Positions 12,194 through 25,900 of a stretch of 64,000 bases of DNA are shown one piece after another. The DNA comes from Yuukianura sp. NJ FZ-2021 (taxonomy: Eukaryota): the NCBI GenBank assembly GCA_046563655.1, contig CM102286.1, forward strand, positions 9,858,001 to 9,922,000, read 5' to 3'. A program made the position numbers and the translations under genes. The notes under the pieces are model-generated. The model saw only the letters and a program-made list of their open reading frames with translations. It was not told the DNA's origin and searched no databases. The first letter of the stretch is position 1. Every line of letters begins with the position of its first letter.

Positions 12194-12520
12194 TGTCACA
12201 TGGTCCACTCCCTCGGACATTTTAAACGCTTTCCGAACGTTTTTATTTTAAAATCTGACCATCCATACCCCATGTTATTTACGTTACAATTATTTTAGTT
12301 ATGGATTTACTTAATTTCACAAGAATGACTCAATTTAATTGATTTCGTTACGAAATTTGGTTAATTTTAGCGTCATTTCCTTTGATTTGACCTACTGCCA
12401 CCGCCCTCTAACGACTGCAGAACAAAATTAAATTGGCGGGAAGGGTGACAGTGGTCTGAGTGGTAGCTGTTAGTTCAACTGCAAAAAGAAAAACACACCG
12501 CTAATCTCGATTAATACTTA

Positions 12521-13876
12521 CCCTATTTCACGGCGTATAAGCCGCCGCGGATTATCTGATCTTTTTCTGGCCCAACCGGAAATCAAAAAAAAATTTTTTT
12601 CTAACTTTGTTGATTTCCTTAATCGGTCTACTCCAAAACTAACAAAACGCCCTCAATCCTCCAAACTAATGTTCTCGAAACATTTGCTTAACCCATTTTT
12701 GACACTCTGTACCGTGATTTTTTTTCCAAGATTTCAAGATCCACTCACAAACGTTGGCAAATATTACCTTACTATGGTTCCGGATTTTTGTGAGCGATTA
12801 GTTTTGTCATGAAATGACCGTTCCAACTCAGCGCGACTCCAACTTCACATAATCGAAACATGCAAATCTTCTAATTAGTATCTTTTGTCTTTGTAAAAAT
12901 GTAAACCAAAAACTAGATCGAACTACTTAGGTCATTGACTTGATGTTAAAATTAGACTTCTGTTTACGAATATGATAATTTGGAGTAACTTCTTACTCCT
13001 CGTTTCCGGTTTAGCGTTTGTCCCTGACCGTATAAATACGGCCAGGAGCCAGCCCAGTACAATTCATTCAACTTCTTGCCTCTGCTCCGCTTGGAACAGA
13101 GTGACCTTTACTACTCGACAGTTTGACCTCTGCGAGGTCAAACTGCCTTTTCATTTTTCAGTTAATTTTTGAATAAAAAGTTCATTGACTCCGCAACAAG
13201 CGGAGAACCTAAAACTTGTAGTGTCGTTGTTTCTTTTAGGCCTAAAAGGCCTTTTTTCACTACAGTTTTATAGTCCAACATCCGCTCATTCCAAAAATTT
13301 GGAATGTTAACCTTAATCGATTCACGGAAATATGAAGTGGCTGCAAAAACTTAACCTAATTCGGCGGAAATGGAAATTACTGCCCGTTGCGTAAATTTTT
13401 GAACCGCTTCTTCTGGTTCGGAGGTGCGACGTTCTGTTTTGGCATCATTAGACCAGGAGGCAGTTTTCCTTTTTTGGTTTGGGAAAAACAAACGTTTTCG
13501 TTTCTCCCATACGTTGTTCATCCGATCTTCAAATAATTCGCCGTTAATCCAGCCTTTTGAATCGGCTGGAATTCGAATTCCAGTGGGAAAGTTTTCTTGT
13601 ATACCCTTCGATGTATTTTTTCCTTCCATGCAAATATCTTCCACGGATTATTTTTAAAATTTTCAGTATTTTCAAAAAAAAATGGATAATGAAAAAATTT
13701 TTTTTTCTATAATGGAGACTCTATCGTATAATAATAAAATAGCAATTGCAAGGGTTAACACACAAGCACTGTTCGCCATGTGAGAGATTTGAGCCAATTT
13801 CACAAATCTTATACCCAACACATTATATTGGGGTGCTACATATACGCGAGTGCGACTTATACGCCGTGAAATAGGG
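12521..13876 (-). mobile_element. Decayed pogo/Tigger-like DNA transposon
   Basis: TIRs ccctatttcacggcgtataag / cttatacgccgtgaaataggg flanked by TA. A minus-strand fragment FPTGIRIPADSKGWINGELFEDRMNNVWEKR resembles the pogo DDE_1 domain. Confidence 0.88.
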
Positions 13877-13950
13877 TAATTTTTAAAACGATTCATTGAT
13901 TGTTGTGGTGCGAAAATTGCTGCAACTTGCAGCAATTAATTAAGTTGACC

Positions 13951-16900
13951 TAACTTATTGAGTTTGGCAAAGTGTACCAGAAAAATTATACTTAGATGCG
14001 GGGAAGTGAGGCCTGACAGGAGCTTTCTTTGAGCGTAAATTTAAAACTAAAGCTTAAACATATTTATGTTGTTAAATATGACCAAGGTTGATGTAGAATT
14101 TCAACGCAACATATCCATAGTATGGTTACGTTTGAGACCAGTTAAAATTGAGTGACGTAACGACAAATGGTTCGTAGAGTTTTGACTGAAACAGGATGGA
14201 GATGTTAAAGCCATTGTCAACAGGAAGAAACGGCTGGATTACTGTAACCTATTTTTGAGTATTCAATTCTTACCAAATAAATGGAAATGGTATCAGTTGT
14301 TTGAGAACATACAAAAACCCGTTTTAACGCTCAACGCAAATTAACAAATCAAAAATGCATTGTTCACAGCAACAGTATATAAACGGTCTTAAACGAATGA
14401 AGCTGTTGAAATTCTACAGCGATGTTTTTATTTCGGAAACTTAGGTCAAATTTCAGGCACAACTTTTTAGAAATAAAAACGCTGGTAAAATGTTTTTTTA
14501 AACCTTAACATTCTAACCGCAACTTATTGAGTTTGGTAAAGTGTACCAGAAAAATTATACTTAGATGCGGGAAAATGAGGCCTGACAAGAGTTTTCTTTG
14601 AGTGTAAATTTAAAACTAAAGCTTAAACATATTTATGTTGTTAAATATGACCAAGGTTGATGTAGAATTTCAACGCAACATATCCATAGTATGGTTACGT
14701 TTGAGACTTCAGTTAAAATTGAATGACGTAACGACAAACGGTTCGTAGAGTTTTGACTGAAACAGGCTGTAGATGTTAAAGTCCTTGTCAACAAGGAGAA
14801 GCGGCTGGATTACTGTAACTTATTTTTGAGTATTCAATTCTTACCAAATAAATGGAAATGGTATCAGTTGTTTGAGAACATACAAAAACCCGTTTTAACG
14901 CTCAACGCAAATTAACAAATCAAAAATGCATTGTTCACAGCAACAGTATATAAACGGTCTTAAACGAATGTAGCTGTTGAAATTCTACAGCGATGTTTTT
15001 ATTTCGGAAACTTAGGTCAAATTTCAGGCACAACTTTTTAGAAATAAAAACCCTGGTAAAATGTTTTTTTAAACCTTAACATTCTAACCGCAACTTATTG
15101 AGTTTGGTAAAGTGTACCAGAAAAATTATACTTAGATGCGGGAAAATGAGGCCTGACAAGAGTTTTCTTTGAGTGTAAATTTAAAACTAAAGCTTAAACA
15201 TATTTATGTTGTTAAATATGACCAAGGTTGATGTAGAATTTCAACGCAACATATCCATAGTATGGTTACGTTTGAGACTTCAGTTAAAATTGAATGACGT
15301 AACGACAAACGGTTCGTAGAGTTTTGACTGAAACAGGCTGTAGATGTTAAAGCCGTTGTCAACAAGGAGAAGCGGCTGGATTACTGTAACTTATTTTTGA
15401 GTATTCAATTCTTACCAAATAAATGGAAATGGTATCAGTTGTTTGAGAACATACAAAAACCCGTTTTAACGCTCAACGCAAATTAACAAATCAAAAATGC
15501 ATTGTTCACAGCAACAGTATATAAACGGTCTTAAACGAATGAAGCTGTTGAAATTCTACAGCGATGTTTTTATTTCGGAAACTTAGGTCAAATTTCAGGC
15601 ACAACTTTTTAGAAATAAAAACGCTGGTAAAATGTTTTTTTAAACCCTAACATTCTAACCGCAACTTATTGAGTTTGGTAAAGTGTACCAGAAAAATTAT
15701 ACTTAGATGCGGGAAAATGAGGCCTGACAAGAGTTTTCTTTGAGTGTAAATTTAAAACTAAAGCTTAAACATATTTATGTTGTTAAATATGACCAAGGTT
15801 GATGTAGAATTTCAACGCAACATATCCATAGTATGGTTACGTTTGAGACTTCAGTTAAAATTGAATGACGTAACGACAAACGGTTCGTAGAGTTTTGACT
15901 GAAACAGGATGGAGATGTTAAAGCCATTGTCAACAAGGAAGAAACGGCTGGATTACTGTAACTTATTTTTGAGTATTCAATTCTTACCAAATAAATGGAA
16001 ATGGTATCAGTTGTTTGAGAACATACAAAAACCCGTTTTAACGCTCAACGCAAATTAACAAATCAAAAATGCATTGTTCACAGCAACAGTATATAAACGG
16101 TCTTAAACGAATGAAGCTGTTGAAATTCTACAGCGATGTTTTTATTTCGGAAACTTAGGTCAAATTTCAGGCACAACTTTTTAGAAATAAAAACGCTGGT
16201 AAAATGTTTTTTTAAACCCTAACATTCTAACCGCAACTTATTGAGTTTGGTAAAGTGTACCAGAAAAATTATACTTAGATGCGGGAAAATGAGGCCTGAC
16301 AAGAGTTTTCTTTGAGTGTAAATTTAAAACTAAAGCTTAAACATATTTATGTTGTTAAATATGACCAAGGTTGATGTAGAATTTCAACGCAACATATCCA
16401 TAGTATGGTTACGTTTGAGACCAGTTAAAATTGAGTGACGTAACGACAAATGGTTCGTAGAGTTTTGACTGAAACAGGATGGAGATGTTAAAGCCATTGT
16501 CAACAGGAAGAAACGGCTGGATTACTGTAACCTATTTTTGAGTATTCAATTCTTACCAAATAAATGGAAATGGTATCAGTTGTTTGAGAACATACAAAAA
16601 CCCGTTTTAACGCTCAACGCAAATTAACAAATCAAAAATGCATTGTTCACAGCAACAGTATATAAACGGTCTTAAACGAATGAAGCTGTTGAAATTCTAC
16701 AGCGATGTTTTTATTTCGGAAACTTAGGTCAAATTTCAGGCACAACTTTTTAGAAATAAAAACGCTGGTAAAATGTTTTTTTAAACCCTAACATTCTAAC
16801 CGCAACTTATTGAGTTTGGTAAAGTGTACCAGAAAAATTATACTTAGATGCGGGAAAATGAGGCCTGACAAGAGTTTTCTTTGAGTGTAAATTTAAAACT

Positions 16901-19900
16901 AAAGCTTAAACATATTTATGTTGTTAAATATGACCAAGGTTGATGTAAAATTTCAACGAAACATATCCATAGTATGGTTACGTTTGAGACCAGTTAAAAT
17001 TGAATGACGTAACGACAAATGGTTCGTAGAGTTTTGACTGAAACAGGATGGAGATGTTAAAGCCATTGTCAACAAGAAGAAACGGCTGGATTACTGTAAC
17101 CTATTTTTGAGTATTCAATTCTTACCAAATAAATGGAAATGGTATCAGTTGTTTGAGAACATACAAAAACCCGTTTTAACGCTCAACGCAAATTAACAAA
17201 TCAAAAATGCATTGTTCACAGCAACAGTATATAAACGGTCTTAAACGAATGAAGCTGTTGAAATTCTACAGCGATGTTTTTATTTCGGAAACTTAGGTCA
17301 AATTTCAGGCACAACTTTTTAGAAATAAAAACGCTGGTAAAATGTTTTTTTAAACCCTAACATTCTAACCGCAACTTATTGAGTTTGATAAAGTGTACCA
17401 GAAAAATTATACTTAGATGCGGGAAAATGAGGCCTGACAAGAGTTTTCTTTGAGTGTAAATTTAAAACTAAAGCTTAAACATATTTATGTTGTTAAATAT
17501 GACCAAGGTTGATGTAAAATTTCAACGCAACATATCCATAGTATGGTTACGTTTGAGACTTCAGTTAAAATTGAGTGACGTAACGACAAATGGTTCGTAG
17601 AGTTTTGACTGAAACAGGATGGAGATGTTAAAGCCATTGTCAACAAGGAGAAACGGCTGGATTACTGTAACTTATTTTTGAGTATTCAATTCTTACCAAA
17701 TAAATGGAAATGGTATCAGTTGTTTGAGAACATACAAAAACCCGTTTTAACGCTCAACGCAAATTAACAAATCAAAAATGCATTGTTCACAGCAACAGTA
17801 TATAAACGGTCTTAAACGAATGAAGCTGTTGAAATTCTACAGCGATGTTTTTATTTCGGAAACTTAGGTCAAATTTCAGGCACAACTTTTTAGAAATAAA
17901 AACGCTGGTAAAATGTTTTTTTAAACCCTAACATTCTAACCGCAACTTATTGAGTTTGGTAAAGTGTACCAGAAAAATTATACTTAGATGCGGGAAAATG
18001 AGGCCTGACAAGAGTTTTCTTTGAGTGTAAATTTAAAACTAAAGCTTAAACATATTTATGTTGTTAAATATGACCAAGGTTGATGTAGAATTTCAACGCA
18101 ACATATCCATAGTATGGTTACGTTTGAGACCAGTTAAAATTGAGTGACGTAACGACAAATGGTTCGTAGAGTTTTGACTGAAACAGGATGGAGATGTTAA
18201 AGCCATTGTCAACAGGAAGAAACGGCTGGATTACTGTAACCTATTTTTGAGTATTCAATTCTTACCAAATAAATGGAAATGGTATCAGTTGTTTGAGAAC
18301 ATACAAAAACCCGTTTTAACGCTCAACGCAAATTAACAAATCAAAAATGCATTGTTCACAGCAACAGTATATAAACGGTCTTAAACGAATGAAGCTGTTG
18401 AAATTCTACAGCGATGTTTTTATTTCGGAAACTTAGGTCAAATTTCAGGCACAACTTTTTAGAAATAAAAACGCTGGTAAAATGTTTTTTTAAACCCTAA
18501 CATTCTAACCGCAACTTATTGAGTTTGGTAAAGTGTACCAGAAAAATTATACTTAGATGCGGGAAAATGAGGCCTGACAAGAGTTTTCTTTGAGTGTAAA
18601 TTTAAAACTAAAGCTTAAACATATTTATGTTGTTAAATATGACCAAGGTTGATGTAGAATTTCAACGCAACATATCCATAGTATGGTTACGTTTGAGACT
18701 TCAGTTAAAATTGAGTGACGTAACGACAAATGGTTCGTAGAGTTTTGACTGAAACAGGATGGAGATGTTAAAGCCATTGTCAACAGGAAGAAACGGCTGG
18801 ATTACTGTAACCTATTTTTGAGTATTCAATTCTTACCAAATAAATGGAAATGGTATCAGTTGTTTGAGAACATACAAAAACCCGTTTTAACGCTCAACGC
18901 AAATTAACAAATCAAAAATGCATTGTTCACAGCAACAGTATATAAACGGTCTTAAACGAATGTAGCTGTTGAAATTCTACAGCGATGTTTTTATTTCGGA
19001 AACTTAGGTCAAATTTCAGCCACAACTTTTTAGAAATAAAAACGCTGGTAAAATGTTTTTTTAAACCCTAACATTCTAACCGCAACTTATTGAGTTTGAT
19101 AAAGTGTACCAGAAAAATTATACTTAGCTGAGGGCAAATGAGGCCTGACAAGAGTTTTCTTTGAGTGTAAATTTAAAACTAAAGCTTAAACATATTTATG
19201 TTGTTAAATATGACCAAGGTTGATGTAAAATTTCAACGCAACATATCCATAGTATGGTTACGTTTGAGACTTCAGTTAAAATTGAATGACGTAACGACAA
19301 ACGGTTCGTAGAGTTTTGACTGAAACAGGCTGTAGATGTTAAAGCCGTTGTCAACAAGGAGAAGCGGCTGGATTACTGTAACTTATTTTTGAGTATTCAA
19401 TTCTTACCAAATAAATGGAAATGGTATCAGTTGTTTGAGAACATACAAAAACCCGTTTTAACGCTCAACGCAAATTAACAAATCAAAAATGCATTGTTCA
19501 CAGCAACAGTATATAAACGGTCTTAAACGAATGAAGCTGTTGAAATTCTACAGCGATGTTTCTATTTCGGAAACTTAGGTCAAATTTCAGGCACAACTTT
19601 TTAGAAATAAAAACGCTGGTAAAATGTTTTTTTAAACCTTAACATTCTAACCGCAACTTATTGAGTTTGGTAAAGTGTACCAGAAAAATTATACTTAGAT
19701 GCGGGAAAATGAGGCCTGACAAGAGTTTTCTTTGAGTGTAAATTTAAAACTAAAGCTTAAACATATTTATGTTGTTAAATATGACCAAGGTTGATGTAGA
19801 ATTTCAACGCAACATATCCATAGTATGGTTACGTTTGAGACCAGTTAAAATTGAGTGACGTAACGACAAATGGTTCGTAGAGTTTTGACTGAAACAGGAT

Positions 19901-22900
19901 GGAGATGTTAAAGCCATTGTCAACAGGAAGAAACGGCTGGATTACTGTAACCTATTTTTGAGTATTCAATTCTTACCAAATAAATGGAAATGGTATCAGT
20001 TGTTTGAGAACATACAAAAACCCGTTTTAACGCTCAACGCAAATTAACAAATCAAAAATGCATTGTTCACAGCAACAGTATATAAACGGTCTTAAACGAA
20101 TGAAGCTGTTGAAATTCTACAGCGATGTTTTTATTTCGGAAACTTAGGTCAAATTTCAGGCACAACTTTTTAGAAATAAAAACGCTGGTAAAATGTTTTT
20201 TAAACCCTAACATTCTAACCGCAACTTATTGAGTTTGGTAAAGTGTACCAGAAAAATTATACTTAGATGCGGGAAAATGAGGCCTGACAAGAGTTTTCTT
20301 TGAGTGTAAATTTAAAACTAAAGCTTAAACATATTTATGTTGTTAAATATGACCAAGGTTGATGTAGAATTTCAACGCAACATATCCATAGTATGGTTAC
20401 GTTTGAGACCAGTTAAAATTGAGTGACGTAACGACAAATGGTTCGTAGAGTTTTGACTGAAACAGGATGGAGATGTTAAAACCATTGTCAACAGGAAGAA
20501 ACGGCTGGATTACTGTAACCTATTTTTGAGTATTCAATTCTTACCAAATAAATGGAAATGGTATCAGTTGTTTGAGAACATACAAAAACCCGTTTTAACG
20601 CTCAACGCAAATTAACAAATCAAAAATGCATTGTTCACAGCAACAGTATATAAACGGTCTTAAACGAATGAAGCTGTTGAAATTCTACAGCGATGTTTTT
20701 ATTTCGGAAACTTAGGTCAAATTTCAGGCACAACTTTTTAGAAATAAAAACGCTGGTAAAATGTTTTTTTAAACCCTAACATTCTAACCGCAACTTATTG
20801 AGTTTGGTAAAGTGTACCAGAAAAATTATACTTAGATGCGGGCAAATGAGGCCTGACAAGAGTTTTCTTTGGGTGTAAATTTAAAACTAAAGCTTAAACA
20901 TATTTATGTTGTTAAATATGACCAAGGTTGATGTAGAATTTCAACGCAACATATCCATAGTATGGTTACGTTTGAGACTTCAGTTAAAATTGAGTGACGT
21001 AACGACAAATGGTTCGTAGAGTTTTGACTGAAACAGGATGGAGATGTTAAAGCCATTGTCAACAGGAAGAAACGGCTGGATTACTGTAACCTATTTTTGA
21101 GTATTCAATTCTTACCAAATAAATGGAAATGGTATCAGTTGTTTGAGAACATACAAAAACCCGTTTTAACGCTCAACGCAAATTAACAAATCAAAAATGC
21201 ATTGTTCACAGCAACAGTATATAAACGGTCTTAAACGAATGAAGCTGTTGAAATTCTACAGCGATGTTTTTATTTCGGAAACTTAGGTCAAATTTCAGGC
21301 ACAACTTTTTAGAAATAAAAACGCTGGTAAAATGTTTTTTTAAACCCTAACATTCTAACCGCAACTTATTGAGTTTGGTAAAGTGTACCAGAAAAATTAT
21401 ACTTAGATGCGGGAAAATGAGGCCTGACAAGAGTTTTCTTTGAGTGTAAATTTAAAACTAAAGCTTAAACATATTTATGTTGTTAAATATGACCAAGGTT
21501 GATGTAGAATTTCAACGCAACATATCCATAGTATGGTTACGTTTGAGACCAGTTAAAATTGAGTGACGTAACGACAAATGGTTCGTAGAGTTTTGACTGA
21601 AACAGGATGGAGATGTTAAAGCCATTGTCAACAGGAAGAAACGGCTGGATTACTGTAACCTATTTTTGAGTATTCAATTCTTACCAAATAAATGGAAATG
21701 GTATCAGTTGTTTGAGAACATACAAAAACCCGTTTTAACGCTCAACGCAAATTAACAAATCAAAAATGCATTGTTCACAGCAACAGTATATAAACGGTCT
21801 TAAACGAATGAAGCTGTTGAAATTCTACAGCGATGTTTTTATTTCGGAAACTTAGGTCAAATTTCAGGCACAACTTTTTAGAAATAAAAACGCTGGTAAA
21901 ATGTTTTTTTAAACCCTAACATTCTAACCGCAACTTATTGAGTTTGGTAAAGTGTACCAGAAAAATTATACTTAGATGCGGGAAAATGAGGCCTGACAAG
22001 AGTTTTCTTTGAGTGTAAATTTAAAACTAAAGCTTAAACATATTTATGTTGTTAAATATGACCAAGGTTGATGTAGAATTTCAACGCAACATATCCATAG
22101 TATGGTTACGTTTGAGACCAGTTAAAATTGAGTGACGTAACGACAAATGGTTCGTAGAGTTTTGACTGAAACAGGATGGAGATGTTAAAACCATTGTCAA
22201 CAGGAAGAAACGGCTGGATTACTGTAACCTATTTTTGAGTATTCAATTCTTACCAAATAAATGGAAATGGTATCAGTTGTTTGAGAACATACAAAAACCC
22301 GTTTTAACGCTCAACGCAAATTAACAAATCAAAAATGCATTGTTCACAGCAACAGTATATAAACGGTCTTAAACGAATGAAGCTGTTGAAATTCTACAGC
22401 GATGTTTTTATTTCGGAAACTTAGGTCAAATTTCAGGCACAACTTTTTAGAAATAAAAACGCTGGTAAAATGTTTTTTTAAACCCTAACATTCTAACCGC
22501 AACTTATTGAGTTTGGTAAAGTGTACCAGAAAAATTATACTTAGATGCGGGAAAATGAGGCCTGACAAGAGTTTTCTTTGAGTGTAAATTTAAAACTAAA
22601 GCTTAAACATATTTATGTTGTTAAATATGACCAAGGTTGATGTAGAATTTCAACGCAACATATCCATAGTATGGTTACGTTTGAGACCAGTTAAAATTGA
22701 GTGACGTAACGACAAATGGTTCGTAGAGTTTTGACTGAAACAGGATGGAGATGTTAAAACCATTGTCAACAGGAAGAAACGGCTGGATTACTGTAACCTA
22801 TTTTTGAGTATTCAATTCTTACCAAATAAATGGAAATGGTATCAGTTGTTTGAGAACATACAAAAACCCGTTTTAACGCTCAACGCAAATTAACAAATCA

Positions 22901-25900
22901 AAAATGCATTGTTCACAGCAACAGTATATAAACGGTCTTAAACGAATGAAGCTGTTGAAATTCTACAGCGATGTTTTTATTTCGGAAACTTAGGTCAAAT
23001 TTCAGGCACAACTTTTTAGAAATAAAAACGCTGGTAAAATGTTTTTTTAAACCCTAACATTCTAACCGCAACTTATTGAGTTTGGTAAAGTGTACCAGAA
23101 AAATTATACTTAGATGCGGGAAAATGAGGCCTGACAAGAGTTTTCTTTGAGTGTAAATTTAAAACTAAAGCTTAAACATATTTATGTTGTTAAATATGAC
23201 CAAGGTTGATGTAGAATTTCAACGCAACATATCCATAGTATGGTTACGTTTGAGACCAGTTAAAATTGAGTGACGTAACGACAAATGGTTCGTAGAGTTT
23301 TGACTGAAACAGGATGGAGATGTTAAAACCATTGTCAACAAGGAAGAAACGGCTGGATTACTGTAACCTATTTTTGAGTATTCAATTCTTACCAAATAAA
23401 TGGAAATGGTATCAGTTGTTTGAGAACATACAAAAACCCGTTTTAACGCTCAACGCAAATTAACAAATCAAAAATGCATTGTTCACAGCAACAGTATATA
23501 AACGGTCTTAAACGAATGAAGCTGTTGAAATTCTACAGCGATGTTTTTATTTCGGAAACTTAGGTCAAATTTCAGGCACAACTTTTTAGAAATAAAAACG
23601 CTGGTAAAATGTTTTTTTAAACCCTAACATTCTAACCGCAACTTATTGAGTTTGGTAAAGTGTACCAGAAAAATTATACTTAGATGCGGGCAAATGAGGC
23701 CTGACAAGAGTTTTCTTTGGGTGTAAATTTAAAACTAAAGCTTAAACATATTTATGTTGTTAAATATGACCAAGGTTGATGTAGAATTTCAACGCAACAT
23801 ATCCATAGTATGGTTACGTTTGAGACTTCAGTTAAAATTGAATGACGTAACGACAAATGGTTCGTAGAGTTTTGACTGAAACAGGCTGTAGATGTTAAAG
23901 CCGTTGTCAACAAGGAGAAGCGGCTGGATTACTGTAACCTTATTTTTGAGTATTCAATTCTTACCAAATAAATGGAAATGGTATCAGTTGTTTGAGAACA
24001 TACAAAAACCCGTTTTAACGCTCAACGCAAATTAACAAATCAAAAATGCATTGTTCACAGCAACAGTATATAAACGGTCTTAAACGAATGAAGCTGTTGA
24101 AATTCTACAGCGATGTTTTTATTTCGGAAACTTAGGTCAAATTTCAGGCACAACTTTTTAGAAATAAAAACGCTGGTAAAATGTTTTTTTAAACCCTAAC
24201 ATTCTAACCGCAACTTATTGAGTTTGGTAAAGTGTACCAGAAAAATTATACTTAGATGCGGGAAAATGAGGCCTGACAAGAGTTTTCTTTGAGTGTAAAT
24301 TTAAAACTAAAGCTTAAACATATTTATGTTGTTAAATATGACCAAGGTTGATGTAGAATTTCAACGCAACATATCCATAGTATGGTTACGTTTGAGACCA
24401 GTTAAAATTGAGTGACGTAACGACAAATGGTTCGTAGAGTTTTGACTGAAACAGGATGGAGATGTTAAAACCATTGTCAACAGGAAGAAACGGCTGGATT
24501 ACTGTAACCTATTTTTGAGTATTCAATTCTTACCAAATAAATGGAAATGGTATCAGTTGTTTGAGAACATACAAAAACCCGTTTTAACGCTCAACGCAAA
24601 TTAACAAATCAAAAATGCATTGTTCACAGCAACAGTATATAAACGGTCTTAAACGAATGTAGCTGTTGAAATTCTACAGCGATGTTTTTATTTCGGAAAC
24701 TTAGGTCAAATTTCAGGCACAACTTTTTAGAAATAAAAACGCTGGTAAAATGTTTTTTTAAACCCTAACATTCTAACCGCAACTTATTGAGTTTGGTAAA
24801 GTGTACCAGAAAAATTATACTTAGCTGAGGGCAAATGAGGCCTGACAAGAGTTTTCTTTGAGTGTAAATTTAAAACTAAAGCTTAAACATATTTATGTTG
24901 TTAAATATGACCAAGGTTGATGTAGAATTTCAACGCAACATATCCATAGTATGGTTACGTTTGAGACTTCAGTTAAAATTGAATGACGTAACGACAAACG
25001 GTTCGTAGAGTTTTGACTGAAACAGGCTGTAGATGTTAAAGCCGTTGTCAACAAGGAGAAGCGGCTGGATTACTGTAACTTATTTTTGAGTATTCAATTC
25101 TTACCAAATAAATGGAAATGGTATCAGTTGTTTGAGAACATACAAAAACCCGTTTTAACGCTCAACGCAAATTAACAAATCAAAAATGCATTGTTCACAG
25201 CAACAGTATATAAACGGTCTTAAACGAATGAAGCTGTTGAAATTCTACAGCGATGTTTTTATTTCGGAAACTTAGGTCAAATTTCAGGCACAACTTTTTA
25301 GAAATAAAAACGCTGGTAAAATGTTTTTTTAAACCCTAACATTCTAACCGCAACTTATTGAGTTTGGTAAAGTGTACCAGAAAAATTATACTTAGATGCG
25401 GGCAAATGAGGCCTGACAAGAGTTTTCTTTGGGTGTAAATTTAAAACTAAAGCTTAAACATATTTATGTTGTTAAATATGACCAAGGTTGATGTAGAATT
25501 TCAACGCAACATATCCATAGTATGGTTACGTTTGAGACTTCAGTTAAAATTGAATGACGTAACGACAAACGGTTCGTAGAGTTTTGACTGAAACAGGCTG
25601 TAGATGTTAAAGCCGTTGTCAACAAGGAGAAGCGGCTGGATTACTGTAACTTATTTTTGAGTATTCAATTCTTACCAAATAAATGGAAATGGTATCAGTT
25701 GTTTGAGAACATACAAAAACCCGTTTTAACGCTCAACGCAAATTAACAAATCAAAAATGCATTGTTCACAGCAACAGTATATAAACGGTCTTAAACGAAT
25801 GAAGCTGTTGAAATTCTACAGCGATGTTTTTATTTCGGAAACTTAGGTCAAATTTCAGGCACAACTTTTTAGAAATAAAAACGCTGGTAAAATGTTTTTT

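Noticed and set aside
7205..14520. Common ancestry of the 269-bp and 570-bp monomers
   Set aside because: Only short shared words (e.g. gttaaagc) are visible; not supportable without an alignment.
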